A stretch of DNA of 64,000 nt from the NCBI RefSeq assembly GCF_036971445.1, contig NC_091473.1, positions 41,602,001 through 41,666,000 on the forward strand, read 5' to 3'. Source of the stretch: Narcine bancroftii. Its lineage: Eukaryota. Below the pieces are notes generated by a model that was given only the letters and a program-made list of their open reading frames with translations, had not been told where the DNA came from and made no database searches. The position numbers were made by a program, and so were the translations under genes. Below are positions 25,171 to 38,639 of the stretch, in pieces; positions within the stretch are counted from its first letter, which is position 1, and each line of letters starts with the position of its first letter.

Positions 25171-28100
25171 GTAATATTTTAATTTTTAGGGAGCTACAGG
25201 ATTTGTATCAAGAAACTCATATTTGAAATGTACAAGATACAATGAATGTTACTATCTTGTAGTTTAATAAACAGACTGGAATAATGATTTTGTTTTATCA
25301 TCACAGATATTAAAACTCAACAGCAGCAACAAAAGTTTGCATGGAAAAATTAAAATACTATTGCTTTAAATTATTTAATGTTATGAAACGTGCAGCTGCA
25401 CTCAAGCAGGAGCAAGTTTTAAATAAAAGTGACGAGGAGAACACTTAGAAGTTATTGAGCATTATGTATTTATGTTAATTTGACAGACAAACTTTGATGT
25501 CGACACTCCGAAAGTTAGTTATCAACAGATAGCTACCATATCCTTAAGGACCTAGGATTAGATTTATATCAACTCATTCCAATATTTAATGCATTGTTCA
25601 CAGCAACTGTCAAGTATTCTGCACACTATGTGGACAAAAGTTATTTCTGATATGTATAAGCTGTTGGAATCATACTTTGCTCAAAAGAATTTAAAAAAAT
25701 AAGAAATTTTCTGGACTGAATCAGTGTGCGAGTAAAATTAATTTTGTTTTGCTGTTGCTCAAATCCAATTTGCATCAGTTTCCAACTGATGCATTACAAC
25801 TGAGCAGAGTAAAATATCAGAATGCAAGTTTAGACAGATTATAAACATTATCTATAATTTTTTCAGAAACATTTGGAAATGTGGTTAAAAAGGAAATCTA
25901 ACAATTAGGAATTTGTTTTAATATTTTATTTAATGATCTTCCTTGCAAATAACAGAATTCAGTCTGACCAGATGTAGCCAGTCTGCAAATGAAGTGATAG
26001 TGTGCTACACATGGCTTGAATATCATATGCTGAACAAAAGATAAAATGATCAAGCTCCAGAATGTACTTATTAGCGAGAAACTCTTTTTGAAACAGAAAC
26101 ATCGGTAATGATCTCCATCAAGATCAGTGATCTTCCACACAATAATGTCCAAAGAGAGAAAGTAAGTACAAGTGCTTAATCAGGTGCAGTCATCTTTTCC
26201 ACAAAAATAAGAGACGGATTGAATTCATGACCACTTGGATTTGATGGAAACTCACTAAAGTCTGTTCCCTTTTCATATCATCTCATTCTGCATCCAAGTT
26301 AGAAACTAATATTATTTATATTATTTGTTTTCCTTAATGTTTCAATCTCAGAATTACATTACACATTTTTTTTATATACAGCTCAGTAATGCTTCTCAAT
26401 TTATAATAGTATTCTACCAAACCAGAATTTTCTATTTAAAAAAAAAAATCAGTTAAGATATCAAGCAATTTTCACATTCAAGAAAGCACAACTATAGAAA
26501 TTAGTAATAGAGGGCTGGATTGTGCTGGGCCTGGCTCACTGCCAGGATTTACTGCCCATGATGCCTGCTCACCCAAACTTACATATTCTGGATGCTGGGA
26601 CCAAATGAGCTGATGACCTGCATCCATGAAGTCCCTCATGAGCTCATAAAAATTCTGGAGGACAAGTTTTCTTTGGGTGATGTACTGCTGAGGCCCCATC
26701 TTGCAGAATATTTATATAGCCTCCAATAGCTAGCCACTGTCAAATACATTTAACCTTTGACAGAGACAGTAAAAAAAATAAAAGGTTAAATTAAGTTACT
26801 TTAAAAACATGCTTTTTTAAAAATTCTCACTTAACCGCACTTACCTTTGCTCAGTCATAATGTGAACCACATATGTCTAAACTCCAGAGAATGTCAATAT
26901 TGGGGGATGATACTCAGTGGTGAGTCCATGCTGAAGTCCATCTGACTCCAGCTTGACAAACTTCTATATTTGATGGGAGTGAACATGGAAATTTGGGGCT
27001 CACCTATCAGTTCCACAATTTTGCCAAGAGTCAGTTAGCTTGAATCCAGCCATTATCAATTATGTACGAGTTCAAGCTTAAATTAAGTTATTTTTAAATA
27101 AAATTTTCATTTTCTTTAACACATTACAAATATAAAATGTATATTTTATTTTCTCTTAATTGTGCCCCTGTTTTTATTCTTCCAGCCATTTTCAATAACT
27201 TCACACCTGAGCATTCCCATAAACCAACAAGCATTCCAAAAGCTACATGTGGCATTCTTAAGGCACAATGAATGGAGATGTAAATCCTGCATATCGAAAT
27301 TTATTGTTAATTCAAGAGTATTGACAAGTAGGGGAAAAAAAAGGGCTGTTTTTTTCTTTTTGTCAAATGTACTACTTAAAAGCCCTAAATGTAATTTATC
27401 AAATCATTTACACTTGTTTCTGCTTCACTCGGGCTCCTCCAACTTTAGCTAAATCTATCAATGTGTCTTCTATTCCATCTCATACAATTATCGAGCTAAC
27501 CTTTAAATGCATCTATTCTGTTAATTTCAGTTTTTCATTGTGGCAGGAATTAACATGTTCTAATAATATGCTGTGTATAATGGTTTCCTGGATTCCTGAT
27601 TATACACAGCTAACTGCAAAAATCTAGAATGGTCAGCTTTCACAGATCCAATTAATGCACATTAAATGATTTGGCACTCACTGCAATTTTGGATGGAGTA
27701 CTTTTAGCATGACGTCAATAAATATTTCACCTTGTTTAATTAATTTTCAATTGTGCACTGTATCATAGTCACCATTAAACATTCTCATTAATTTAGAAAC
27801 ACAAATTTTACAAATGCAGTATAAGCATTTCATTTCAAAAATTCTTTAGATTTTAAAAATACTTTAAAGTTTATAATATTTTATTTTCTGCCTTAATACC
27901 ATGTGGGTATCTCCATCTTCACTACATTATACTAAATATTTAAAAAGCAGTTTCCTGTCTGTCAGAATTCATCAATCTGACTGCACATCCTGCTTGATGA
28001 CATCATCAATATTAGATGCCAAAGATCCACTTTTGGCCTGAATTTGATGGTAAATCACATCAGAAAGGCGGGAAACTCATATATAAAACGTGCTTCAGTT

Positions 28101-28283
28101 TAGCAGCAAGCTTCTATCAAGTATTTGGCATGTGTCAACCCTTAGCTGCTGATCAGCAAAAAAATAATGACTGAAATCTATATGGAAACTTTCATATCAA
28201 TTTTCTAAGCACTCTAAATATAATGAATGATTAATAAAAATATGGTCAGGAAATGGTGAGGGGAAATTATTTATAGATGAGAA

Positions 28284-31200
28284 TGTCATGTTGGGTTCAG
28301 ACACGCTCATTATAAAAATGACCTTGACCCTGGAGTTGTGTTCGTAGCTTGTTTTATTTTACCATACACTTAGAGAATATCTACATGTGTAGGCTTTTCC
28401 CTGCTAGTCCTGAGCCTCTCTCTCTCTAAGATGTGGAAGTCCCGCCCCATGACATCATTGGCCTCCTTGATGTCCCACCAATAGCGTTACACCACATCCC
28501 CCTTACTCTGCTTTCAAAGCCCCCTTTTCTTTGGCTTGGCCCGCTACAATTACCTTTACACATTCTGATATAAATACACATGCAACATTTACAATACACA
28601 TCTTTCCTGACTCTGGGTGCTTTACCGTCTCTATAGATTCAGTCTTTGCGGTCTCTTGACTTCTCAACCAGACCTCGTTCTTATTATGCCAGGCAAACTA
28701 TGTTTTTCAGTTAGCAGAATCTTTGGACCTGCCTTTGAAGGAGTGTTCATTTCTGGCCTGTGCTCTTGCTGCTTTTCACCTGGAGATTCTTGTATGGGAA
28801 CAAGATGTTGGCGATTTCGTCTCACTTGTAGTCCGCTAACCATGTCTGCCCGTGGACTGTAGTGCACAGAAGTTACTGTACCTTGTTGTCTTGCATCGGA
28901 GATTCACACCTCATCTTCTGGTGCCAGCTTTTTCACGTCGCTCATTCTGTGTCTCTTGTTATACCACTTTGCATTCTTACACCTCTTCTTCCTATCCTTG
29001 TTCTGGAGTTGCAGCAGGTCTGGGAGTTCCAGCTGCAACCTCTCTGGAAGGGTTGGTAGAGTTGTGTGAAGGCAACGTCCCATTAGCAATTTGGCTGGTC
29101 TGTCGCCATTGCCCAGCAGTGTGGCTCTGTACGCAAATAGTGCATGGTAAGGGTCTTTTGCTTTCTTAAGCAGGTTCTTCACTGTTTGTACTGCTCGATC
29201 TGACTCGCCATTGCTTTGTGAATACTTAGGGCTACTGGTCACATGCCCAAACCCATAATCTGCTGCAAAGGCTTTCATGTTTTGTCCAGAGAATTGTGAA
29301 CCATTGTCACTTACTAATGTCTCTAGAACGCCATGCCATGCAAACATCAATTTTAAATGAACAATTACATCAATAGTTCACGTCAGGCTGAATTGTGCTA
29401 TTTCTATGAATCCAGAGAAATAGTTCACCACTAATAAGTATGTGTTCTCTCCAAGAGTGAATAAGTCTGTGCCAAGTTTTTGCCATGACCTGTCAGGGAA
29501 TTTAAACGGCATCAGCAGTTCTCTTACGGTCCTCTCCTGGATGCACTCTCTGCACCTCAAGAAAATCTCACTTATTTGATTATTCAGAGCTGGCCACCAC
29601 ACTTTGATTGGCACATTCCCGGCACTTTACAACCCCTTGGTAGCCCTCATGTATTTTCTCGAGTACCTTGTTCCGCATGTTAGCCGGAATAACTAATCTT
29701 ATACCACGCAGGAGTAGTCCATTGTGCACACTCAGAATGGCCCTCTCCTGCCATGAATGCTTGACTGGTCCTTTTAAGTGGCTTCTGTCTGGTCAGCCTC
29801 CAATACAATATTTCATGACCTGCGCGCACACCCTGTCAGTGCATAGTTGCTCTCGGAGCTCTGTCAGGTATCAGTTGCTTGTTGGGAGGTTTTCCATCAC
29901 CGTCTCTACCTAAATATTGGTGTCCTCCATGAGGTCTTTGTCAGCACTCGTGGTTCCATTTTGTAGTGAGGAGCGAGAGAGTCTACCCGCAGTTGTGAGG
30001 TTTTTCCCAGGTGTGTGAGATCGTGTATGAGTATCTCATCAACCTCATACTGAACCTCTGTATCCGTGGTGGCGGCGAATCCAGTGCTTGCCCACCTAGC
30101 AGATTCACAAGTGGTTTGTGTTCCATCACCAACTTGAACTGTGGTCCCAAAATAAAATCATTGAATCTCTCCAAATCAGTGCCAATGCCCCTTTTTCCAG
30201 CTGCTTGTACCGTTGCTCTGTTTCTGTTAGCGATCATGAAACATAAGCAACTGGTGACCATTTGTCTCCATCCTTCTGTAGTAACACTGCTCCCAGTCCA
30301 TATGATGAAGCGTCGGCTGATATTCTCAGTTGCCTATTTGGATCATACAACTGAAGTACCGGTGTGGATGATAGCTCTCACTTGAGGTTACTAAATGCCC
30401 TCTGTTGCTCATGTCCCTAAACTCCACTGGTTTTTCTTGGACAACAGGTCTCTCAGTGGTTTGTCCTTTTCAGCCAGGTTTAGTATGAACTTCCTTAGCT
30501 GGTTCACCAATCACAGGAAACTTCTGAGCTCACTAATGTTTGTCATCTCCTTTCACGTCCTGCACAACTCTCGTCTTGTCTGGGTCTGGTCTCATGCCGT
30601 CTGCTGAGATGATTTACCCCAGAAATTTCACCTGCCTCCTTCTAAACTCACACTTCACCATGTTGAGAGTAACCCCTACCTTTTCTGCTCATTTTAGGAC
30701 TGCATGGACCCTCACGTTGTGTTGGTCCTTCGCGGTTCTCCCAAACGAGGATATTGTCCATGTGGCAGACAACTCCTTCCAGGCCTGCGCTAACCTCAGT
30801 CACCATTCTGTTCTGGAAGTGTTCAGGGGCAGAGGAGATACCAAATGGTAGGCAGTTGAAAAAGTAATGACTGAAGAGTGTGATAAATGTCAATGTAGAG
30901 AGCTGATTCTTTGGACAAAGGAATTTGCCAAAATCCCATGTTCACGTCCAACTTAGTAAAATACTGTGCACCAGTGAGCATGCCTAGGGTTTGATCCACC
31001 GAAGGAAGTATAAACTTTTCTCTGCACACTGATCCATTCAAGTCCACTAAAGTACTTTCAGTGAAAATGGTTTCACATCAGGCTTCAGTTTAATAATGTA
31101 TGGCTTCTGTACTAGCCCGAGTTCATTGCAAAGTTTGGGGTATGCCTTCCTGACTGTCTCCTGGTCTAGGATGTCCAATCTGGCCATTAGCTAGAGACTC

Positions 31201-32637
31201 GATGAAGCTGGTCTGCTCAATAGTGCTGCTTGAAAGTCTCTCACCATGTACACTTCTTCAGTGGTGCTCCTCTCTCTATATGAGAGCATTTCTTTTGCTG
31301 ATCCCAGGACCATCAATTTCACTCCCCTCAGAATGTAGAGTGGCTTCTGTGTTTTTTTCTAGCTTGTTGCCTCCGGATATAATTCTTTTGAATACCTGCT
31401 CGGGAATGGCTGTAACATCGGCCCCGTGTCGATTTTGAAGGTCACTTTACTGCCTCCTACATTAATGTTGGCGATCTAGGCTCCTCACCTGATGCTATTT
31501 CTCCAAGGAACAATCTTTCCATGTCCTCCGCTACCTCAATCACCATGTGGGTTGACCTACAGACTTTTCCATAGTGTCCTCGTTTGCCGCAGTTGTGGCA
31601 TTCTGCACTCCTGGCTGGGCATTGAAATGCTGGGTGGAACGGTAGTTTTCTGCACTTGGGGCATGTCTTGCGCTCTACTTTGCTCTGTGTCATTGTTTTA
31701 ACTTTTTGTTGTCCTTTTGTTTGCCCTTTGCCTTTAAACTTCTGCTGTCTTCCTCTCTTAAGTTGCACTGCATCTACTGCTAGTTTGCTTGTGCACATTT
31801 CTCACATATGCTGCTGCTTCATTGCCTCTGACTGTCTAGCCATTATGACTGCTTTCATGAGGGTGAGGTCCTTGTCGAGTTGCATCCTCTCTGACAGTGA
31901 TGAATCTCTTAGACCCACTACTAGTCTATCATGTAAAAGTTTGTTGTGAAGATCCCCATATTCGCAGTTCTCTGTCAGTGCATACAAGGCTGAACGCGCC
32001 TTCTGTTTCTGCAGGCTGCTGCACTTGGTTGTTAAATTTCACCCATTCGTAAATTATGTTCTTTCTAGGCATGAAATAATAATCGAACCCTCTCCGTACT
32101 GCAGCCGCTGCACGACTGTTAAGTCTAGGCCTCGTAGAATGTCGTCAGCCTTGTCATCCATGCAGTATATCAGCGTATTCACCTGGTTAGCTTCAGAGGA
32201 ATTATTTAAATTACTTCCCAGTCTGAGTGCTCGAATCTTCTTATCTACTTCTCCCACTCCTATGGCTTTGAGAAGTCGAAGGGTTCTGGAGGTTTTACTT
32301 GAAAGTCGCCATTGGAGGAGCTGCCATTCCCAGGCCCGCGTCCTCCATCTTAACTCACCTCTTTTACTTTTATTCTTTCACAGCCTGTCCTTCTCTCTGT
32401 GGCTCAAAGCTCCACTTATGACACCATGTCATGTTGGGTTCAGACATGCTTGTTATAAAAATGATCTTGAGCCTGGAGTCGCGTTCGTAGCTTGTTTTAT
32501 TTTACCATACACTTAATGAATATCTACATGTGCAGGCTTTTCCCTGCTAGTCCTGAGCCTCTCTCTCCAAGATGCGGAAGTCCCGCCCCATGATGTCATC
32601 GGCCTGCTCGATGTTTCACTAATAGTGTAACTCCACA
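28284..32637 (-). mobile_element. Full-length decayed Ty3/Gypsy LTR retrotransposon in an OGN intron
   Basis: LTRs at 28284-28496 and 32427-32637 (TG...CA); 4-bp TSD agaa; PBS tggtgtcataagtgga (tRNA-Leu-like) at 32411-32426; PPT next to 28497; gag CCHC knuckle (CHNCGKRGHYGKVC); RT (KLDVNMGFWQIPL, LPFGISSAPEHFQ); integrase (VSDNGSQF) downstream of RT. Confidence 0.95.
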
Positions 32638-33692
32638 AGAACAAAATAAATTAACAAAAGTAAGTGTTGGTAGCATTTTAAACACAGTACCAGTAAAGTG
32701 ATAGGATGAAGGGAAGAAGTTTCAGAATGCAATGGAGACAATGATAAAAGCCTTGAGTAAAAATTCCATAATGAATGGAGTAAGATAGGGAGAGGAGTTA
32801 GTAAAGGTGTAGAAGAAAGCAGGTTTCATTGTTTAATGGAGTTGCAAAAGGTAGTACAGATGTGGCAAGTGTAATATCTACCAAATCCAAACTAGCATTT
32901 TCAGTAGAGACCATGGTGGACAAGACAACATGGCTGGGATTATATAAAAGATGACTTGGAGTAGGTCACTAAAGATGTTATAAGCTAAGTCTGAAACTAT
33001 TTGCAGGGAAGAAGAAACTAATTGGCAAGTTTGCTGTAAGATTAATGCTTAGTCGGAATAAATTGAAACTGAAATGTTGTAATACAGAAATCAACAGAAT
33101 TGTCCAATCGGTAGAACTGACAAGAGTAGATCAGCATATGACCAGGTAAGAATAAATGCTCAAGGACTCCATGTGTGCAAAGTACTGAGGAAGTTTAACA
33201 TGACAATTCTCAGAACATTAAAAAAGATTGCAGATGATCTTCTTGCTCCTTGTTTACCCAAAGCTATCAAAATTCTTGAAAGAGCAGATGCCCATTCAGC
33301 CCAACCAGACTACTCCATTGTTATAGAACAGCCCTTCAGCCCAAATATGCAATGCTGGCATTCTGGAAAAGAACCACTTGCCTTTATTTGGTTCACATCC
33401 TTCAAAATATTTCCTGCCTGTTGATCAATCCAAATGGCTTTTGAATGTCAAACACTTCTACAGTTTCTTTTGACAGCTCAATCCAGGCACAGACTCTCTG
33501 AGTGAAAAGGTTACCTCCCCGGTTTCTCTTAAATCTCTCTCCTATAATCTTAATTCCGTGTTCAAATGTATTGTCATATACAGTATATTGAAAATGCAGT
33601 GAAAGAGTTTGTTTTATGAACAGATAAGTAGGCATCTCAAACATGGTACAATAAGTACGACAAAGTACAAAAGTTCATTGTTACAGAGAGGC

Positions 33693-34264
33693 ATCATATA
33701 TTTTGGTGTACAAGTCAACCAGCGTATGTCAACCCTCATTTTTCAGCCTAATTTTAAGGGTTTTATGGTATATCCGGCATATGTTGACTCCCATTTTTCA
33801 GGGTGTCTGGGTCTCCCAAGAACAATCCAAAATTTTAAAAAATATCCCAATCGCTGTAAATTAAGTAAAAAAACCCCTCAGCTTACCAGATAGCAACAGT
33901 GACAGCCCACAGAGCTGGAGCAGCAATGTCGTGCTCCAGGCAGGAGCAGAAACCGTGGCCTATTAGGCAGCAACGGTGACGGTCCATGGAGATGAAGCAC
34001 GGGAGAGAGCAGGAACCTTAGCCTACCTTACCTCAGGTAGGAGCGGTTTTGGCGACGCCCAGCAATGGGGAGGTGTTGGGGAGCGATGACACCGGGGAGA
34101 TGCTTCCAGCATCAACTTATATACCAAATTGACATCAATCTGATTTTTTTTCCTGGTGAATTTAAGGTCTCAAAAGTATATCCGGCATATTTGTCAACCC
34201 CCCCATCCCTTTTTGAGAATTTATTTAGGGTTTCATGACTCAACTTATACACTGAAATATACGG
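33693..34264. mobile_element. Non-autonomous pogo-family element related to the 51515 transposon
   Basis: Right end (reverse complement ccgtatatttcagtgtataagttgagtcatgaaacc) resembles 51515-51620 over about 100 bp; TA flank; degenerate left TIR; GC-rich core. Confidence 0.7.
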
Positions 34265-34439
34265 TAGATCAGCAAAAGTAACAATTTTATTATTTGGAGG
34301 CATACTTAGGAGTCAGATAACAGCAAGAAAGTGGGTTGAATCTGATGGTACATGATCTCAGATATGAATTTTCTTGATGTGCTTTACCAAAGCAGTGAGA
34401 ATTATTGATGGAGGATAGAGGGAGCTACATTCCCTACAC

Positions 34440-35450
34440 TCGCAGTTTCCCATGCCACACTGTGATGCTGCCTAAGAGGATGCTTTCAATAATGCAGGTG
34501 TAGAAGTTGTTTAACGATGATGGTAACATGCCAAATTTCCTCAGGCTTCTGAGAAAGTCGAAGCACTGATGAACCTTTTGGGTCATTATATCAATGTGGG
34601 TGGATCAGAATAGGTCACTGGAGACATTTACTCTAAAGAATTTAAATCTTTCTCCTATCATCACCTCAGCACCAATGATGTGGAATGGGAGTGAGCTTTG
34701 CTCTTCCTCCATCAATTGACAACCGAGCGTTTGATCTTGCGAACAGTCCCTCTATCTCTCATCTGTACTCTTCATCATGTTAGAGATCCTGTCGATGATG
34801 GTGGTTTCATCTGCAAATTTATAGTTGGAGTTGCATTTGACCATACAATTCTGGATGTACAAGAAGTATATTGGAGGACTAAATATATAGTCTTGTACTC
34901 CCTATGCCCTCAAGTTTGAGAATTATCTACCTTGGTAAAAAGACTGCGAATATTCACTTTATCTATGGCCCGAGTGATTTCATAAACCTCAATAAAGTCA
35001 TCTGTCAGCATCCTATACTCCAGTGAATAAACATCAAGCCTATTTAACCTCTCGCAATATTTCAAGCCCTATAGTGCTAGCAACATAGTGGTGATGTCCT
35101 CTGCTCTCCTTCCAACTCATTGATATCCTCTTATACCCAGTCAACCAGAATTGCACAAAATTCCAAGTGTGATCTCCCCAATGCCAAGTACGACTGAATC
35201 ATGAAGTCCTACCTTGCAAGCTCAATAGCCCACACAATGAAAGCAAATGTGCCAAATACCTTCTTCACTAACCTATCCACAAGAGTTGTCACTTTCAAGC
35301 AACCTATATCCTATATTCCTCTATTCAACGCTCTCTCAGATCCTTACTAATCCTACCTTTTGGCTTACCAAAGTACAACCCTCACACTTGTCAGAATTAA
35401 ATTCCTTGGCCCACCTTCCCAATTGATCTAGATGCTGTTAAAAACTTAAA
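34440..35450 (-). mobile_element. Old LINE fragments (Rex1-like followed by CR1-like)
   Basis: YKFADETT-like and CR1 3' ORF2-like remnants on the - strand; boundaries approximate. Confidence 0.55.
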
Positions 35451-36296
35451 TATGTAGATGTTCTATTGGATCAAGACTGATCTTACTTTTAATACCTCTA
35501 CCAAACTAAAATCTATCAATATCTCTCTTGAAAACTCCACTTGATTCAATAGCTTTTGAGAGGAACAGAATTCCAGATTTCTACCACTCTTTCTGCAAAA
35601 AAAAAGTGCTTTCTACCTCTAAAATCATGCCCTGTCATTCTTAGTAAATTGGGTATAATTGGGCAGCACAGGGCCTGAGGGTCAAAAGGCCCTGTTACCG
35701 TGCTGTATGTGTGTATGTATTCCATAGTATTTGAGATTATTCTTCAGCTGAAGTGTGGCAACTTATCTTCACTTTTATATTGTTTAGTCCCAAAAGGATA
35801 TACAAATTAAGCAACATCAATTGGATAATGTTCTTTGTGATCTACTGTATATATGATGCATAGTGAACAAGAGAATACAATTAATAGAGAATTTAGGGAT
35901 GATTTATGGCCTAATTTAAATCACGTTGCACAAGTTATGAAAGCCAGAATATTATTCAAAGCCAAGGATTTTTTAAAAGAGTGTTATATCATATAGAATT
36001 ATGTTACATTAAGGATTTTATAATCAAAAAGAAAATGAGAATGAAGAGTTAATGATGTAGAATGAGTGCCCAACAATGCAAATTGGTAAGTCAAGGACTC
36101 ATAGATATAATCAAGGCCACTGATGTCTTTTCCTTCTGCATCGGTGCTTCAGAAAAATCTAGCCAAATGCTGGATGTACCCAGTCTTATGTTCACTTTTA
36201 TTTGTGAGTTGGGTGTCATCTGCATGCAATTTGTTGTTGGTTTTGGTGATACTAGAGTAAATCCAAACTACAAATTTGACTTTTTTTTGTTGGAAG

Positions 36297-36420
36297 CTAA
36301 ATGAAATCCCCTTCCCAAGGCATGATGATATTGACAAAGGACATCAACGAAAAGTTTCACGTTTTGTTAGGACCCCAACAAAGGATCCAGAATCAAATAA
36401 TTCACTTGCTGGTCCGGCCG
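36297..36420 (+). CDS. OGN: Osteoglycin, second coding exon (pro-region)
   Basis: Acceptor ttttttttgttggaag, strong donor G|GTAAGC; 124 nt, phase 0 to 1, exactly bridging the flanking exons; poorly conserved sequence, so identified by phase and splice signals. Confidence 0.75.
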
Positions 36421-37548
36421 GTAAGCACCAATTTATTTTCTCTTCCAATTCTTCAAATATCTTTTACATTTAAATGTTACAGTATCACTGTTTCCTTCAA
36501 AAGCTAATGGTGGAAAACAAATGAGCCTTTAAAACTTTCAATTTATTGCAACAGCAAATAATGAACACAAGATATATTTCCTCCCATTCCTTTCATAAAA
36601 TAATGACCCAATAAAATATGCTAGGTTTAAAATTTTGAATGGATGTATCTCAAAAATAATTTTTATTATATTGTTTAATTCTATCTGAACAAATGCAAAA
36701 CAATGTTTATAACTCTTTGTTAAGCCAAAAGTACATTTGAAATTAGATTGTTTTTATTCTAATTCCAATAACTGGCTGAATAAATGTGTCCCTTAGGGTT
36801 TTATATGACATTACATTTTGTCTTGATTGTTTTTTGAGAAGTGTTAAACTCAATTGCTTGACCTTAGTAGTGAAATGAATGAAAGCTGCAGTATATTTAA
36901 CTTTAAATGACAACAACTGGACCAATACAGTGGGTCAACATAATGATCTCTTCATGAAAACCATTTAAGTAAGCCAGCCACTCAGATTAATAGTATGACT
37001 ATTGCTTTAATTTAAGTGTGTAGCCACAGAAATACACACTGACCAGTAAATTTGTTTTGCTGATTTTGAATTAATAATGCAAATAATTTGAAACTTGGAA
37101 GCTCCAATATGACTGCCTATCCCATCAACAAGTCAAATTGGATAACTACCACTCAAAATGTCATAAGAATAGAGAATCATGAGTAAGACCATAATTTCAC
37201 ATTTAGAATCATCTCAACTCAAACTGAAACCATAATCTTTTGAAAGGCATGATTTATTTTCAGTGGATGATTAAAAACTATATATATTTTGTATTTAAAA
37301 AAATACTGATACTGACATTTAAAGGTACACAAATTCTCAATACAGGTTAGTTTCTCGACATACTATTCTTCCATTGTTTGCTTTTCTGATAAACAAGTTG
37401 GGGGTTCAGGCTGAAGTAACTAATGACAGACAAATTTTTGAGAATCTAGAAGCAGATATAGATTTTGTAGCTAAGGTATCAAGGAGGTTATTAATGAGAA
37501 TGAATAATAAAAAGCCATTGAAGACATAATTCAAAAACTGTATTTCAG

Positions 37549-37707
37549 ACATGCCAACTTGCCTTCTATGTGTTTGCCTGACTGGTTCTGTATACTGTGA
37601 TGAGACTGAGACTGAAGAAATTCCAATTTTGCCAAAAGAAACATCATACCTTTATGCAAGGTTCAACTTAATTAAAAAGGTCACTGTGAAAGATTTTGCT
37701 GATTTCC
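37549..37707 (+). CDS. OGN: Osteoglycin, third coding exon (Cys cluster)
   Basis: (D)[18 protein letters not shown]...[26 protein letters not shown]; class III CxxCxCx6C; tttcag acceptor, GTGAGT donor. Confidence 0.97.
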
Positions 37708-37814
37708 GTGAGTACATTTAAGATTTCATTTGAAAGCATAACAAAAATAACACAATCAAGAGATAAATACATTTAATTAACATTTTTGACATAAAAATAA
37801 TAGACAACAATGGA

Positions 37815-38540
37815 GGAGTGTGCGTTGCACATATGTAAATTGTGTTGTGTGTTTCGTGTTGTATTTTGCAATACATGTGTTGCATTGCAAGTGTGGCATG
37901 TATATTGTGTGAGTATGTGTTGTGCGCATGTTGCACATGTTTGTGTTGCATGCATGTGTTGCACTTGTGTGTTGCATATATGTTGTGTGGCATGTGTAAT
38001 GTGTGTGTTATGTTGCGCTTGTGTGTTGCACATATGTGTTGTGCACACATGTTATGTATATGGGTATGTCAGGTGTGTGCTTGTCACATGCTGCATGAGT
38101 TTGGCGCATTTGTGTGTATGTTGCATGTTACGCCTCTGATGTGTGTTGCATTTGCTATGTGTGAGTTGTGTGTATTGTGTGTTGTGTATTGCATGTGTGC
38201 TGCATTGCATGTGTTGCATGTGCATATTCTATGTGTTGTATATGTGTTGCACATGAGTTGTGCACGTGAGTTATGTGTGCATGTGAGTTGTACTTGGTGT
38301 GTGTTGAGCACGTGCTTGTTGCATGTGTGAATCGTGTGTGATGCTTGTGTGTTTTGTGTTGCATGTATGTTGTGTGTGCATGTATTGTGTGTTATGTGCA
38401 TGTGTGCTTTGTGTGTGGTTGTGTTACTTGTATGTGTTGCATGTGTTGTGTGTGCTTCATGTGCATGTTGTGTCCATTCCCGTGTGTGGGGAATGTGTGC
38501 AGTGGTGCCTTGGGCACAGGTTTGATCATGTGCATGGGTG
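37815..38540. repeat. Degenerate TG/TGCA-rich simple repeat
   Basis: About 700 bp of mostly alternating purine-pyrimidine sequence; source of the spurious Cys/Val and His/Thr ORFs. Confidence 0.95.
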
Positions 38541-38639
38541 TACAAGAACCTTGTACTTGTGAAAACTATTCTAACCAAATAAATTGCAATATTGATATAC
38601 AAGTCATACTTCTATCTTTTTTAAAAATGTTCAATAAAG

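Noticed and set aside
27700-28110. TGACGTCA, GGCGGGAA and TATATAAAA as an internal OGN promoter
   Set aside because: Isolated short motifs with no supporting exon; cannot be distinguished from chance
37718-38602. Overlapping Cys/Val-rich and His/Thr-rich ORFs that look metallothionein-like
   Set aside because: Translation of a TG-rich simple repeat in all frames inside an OGN intron
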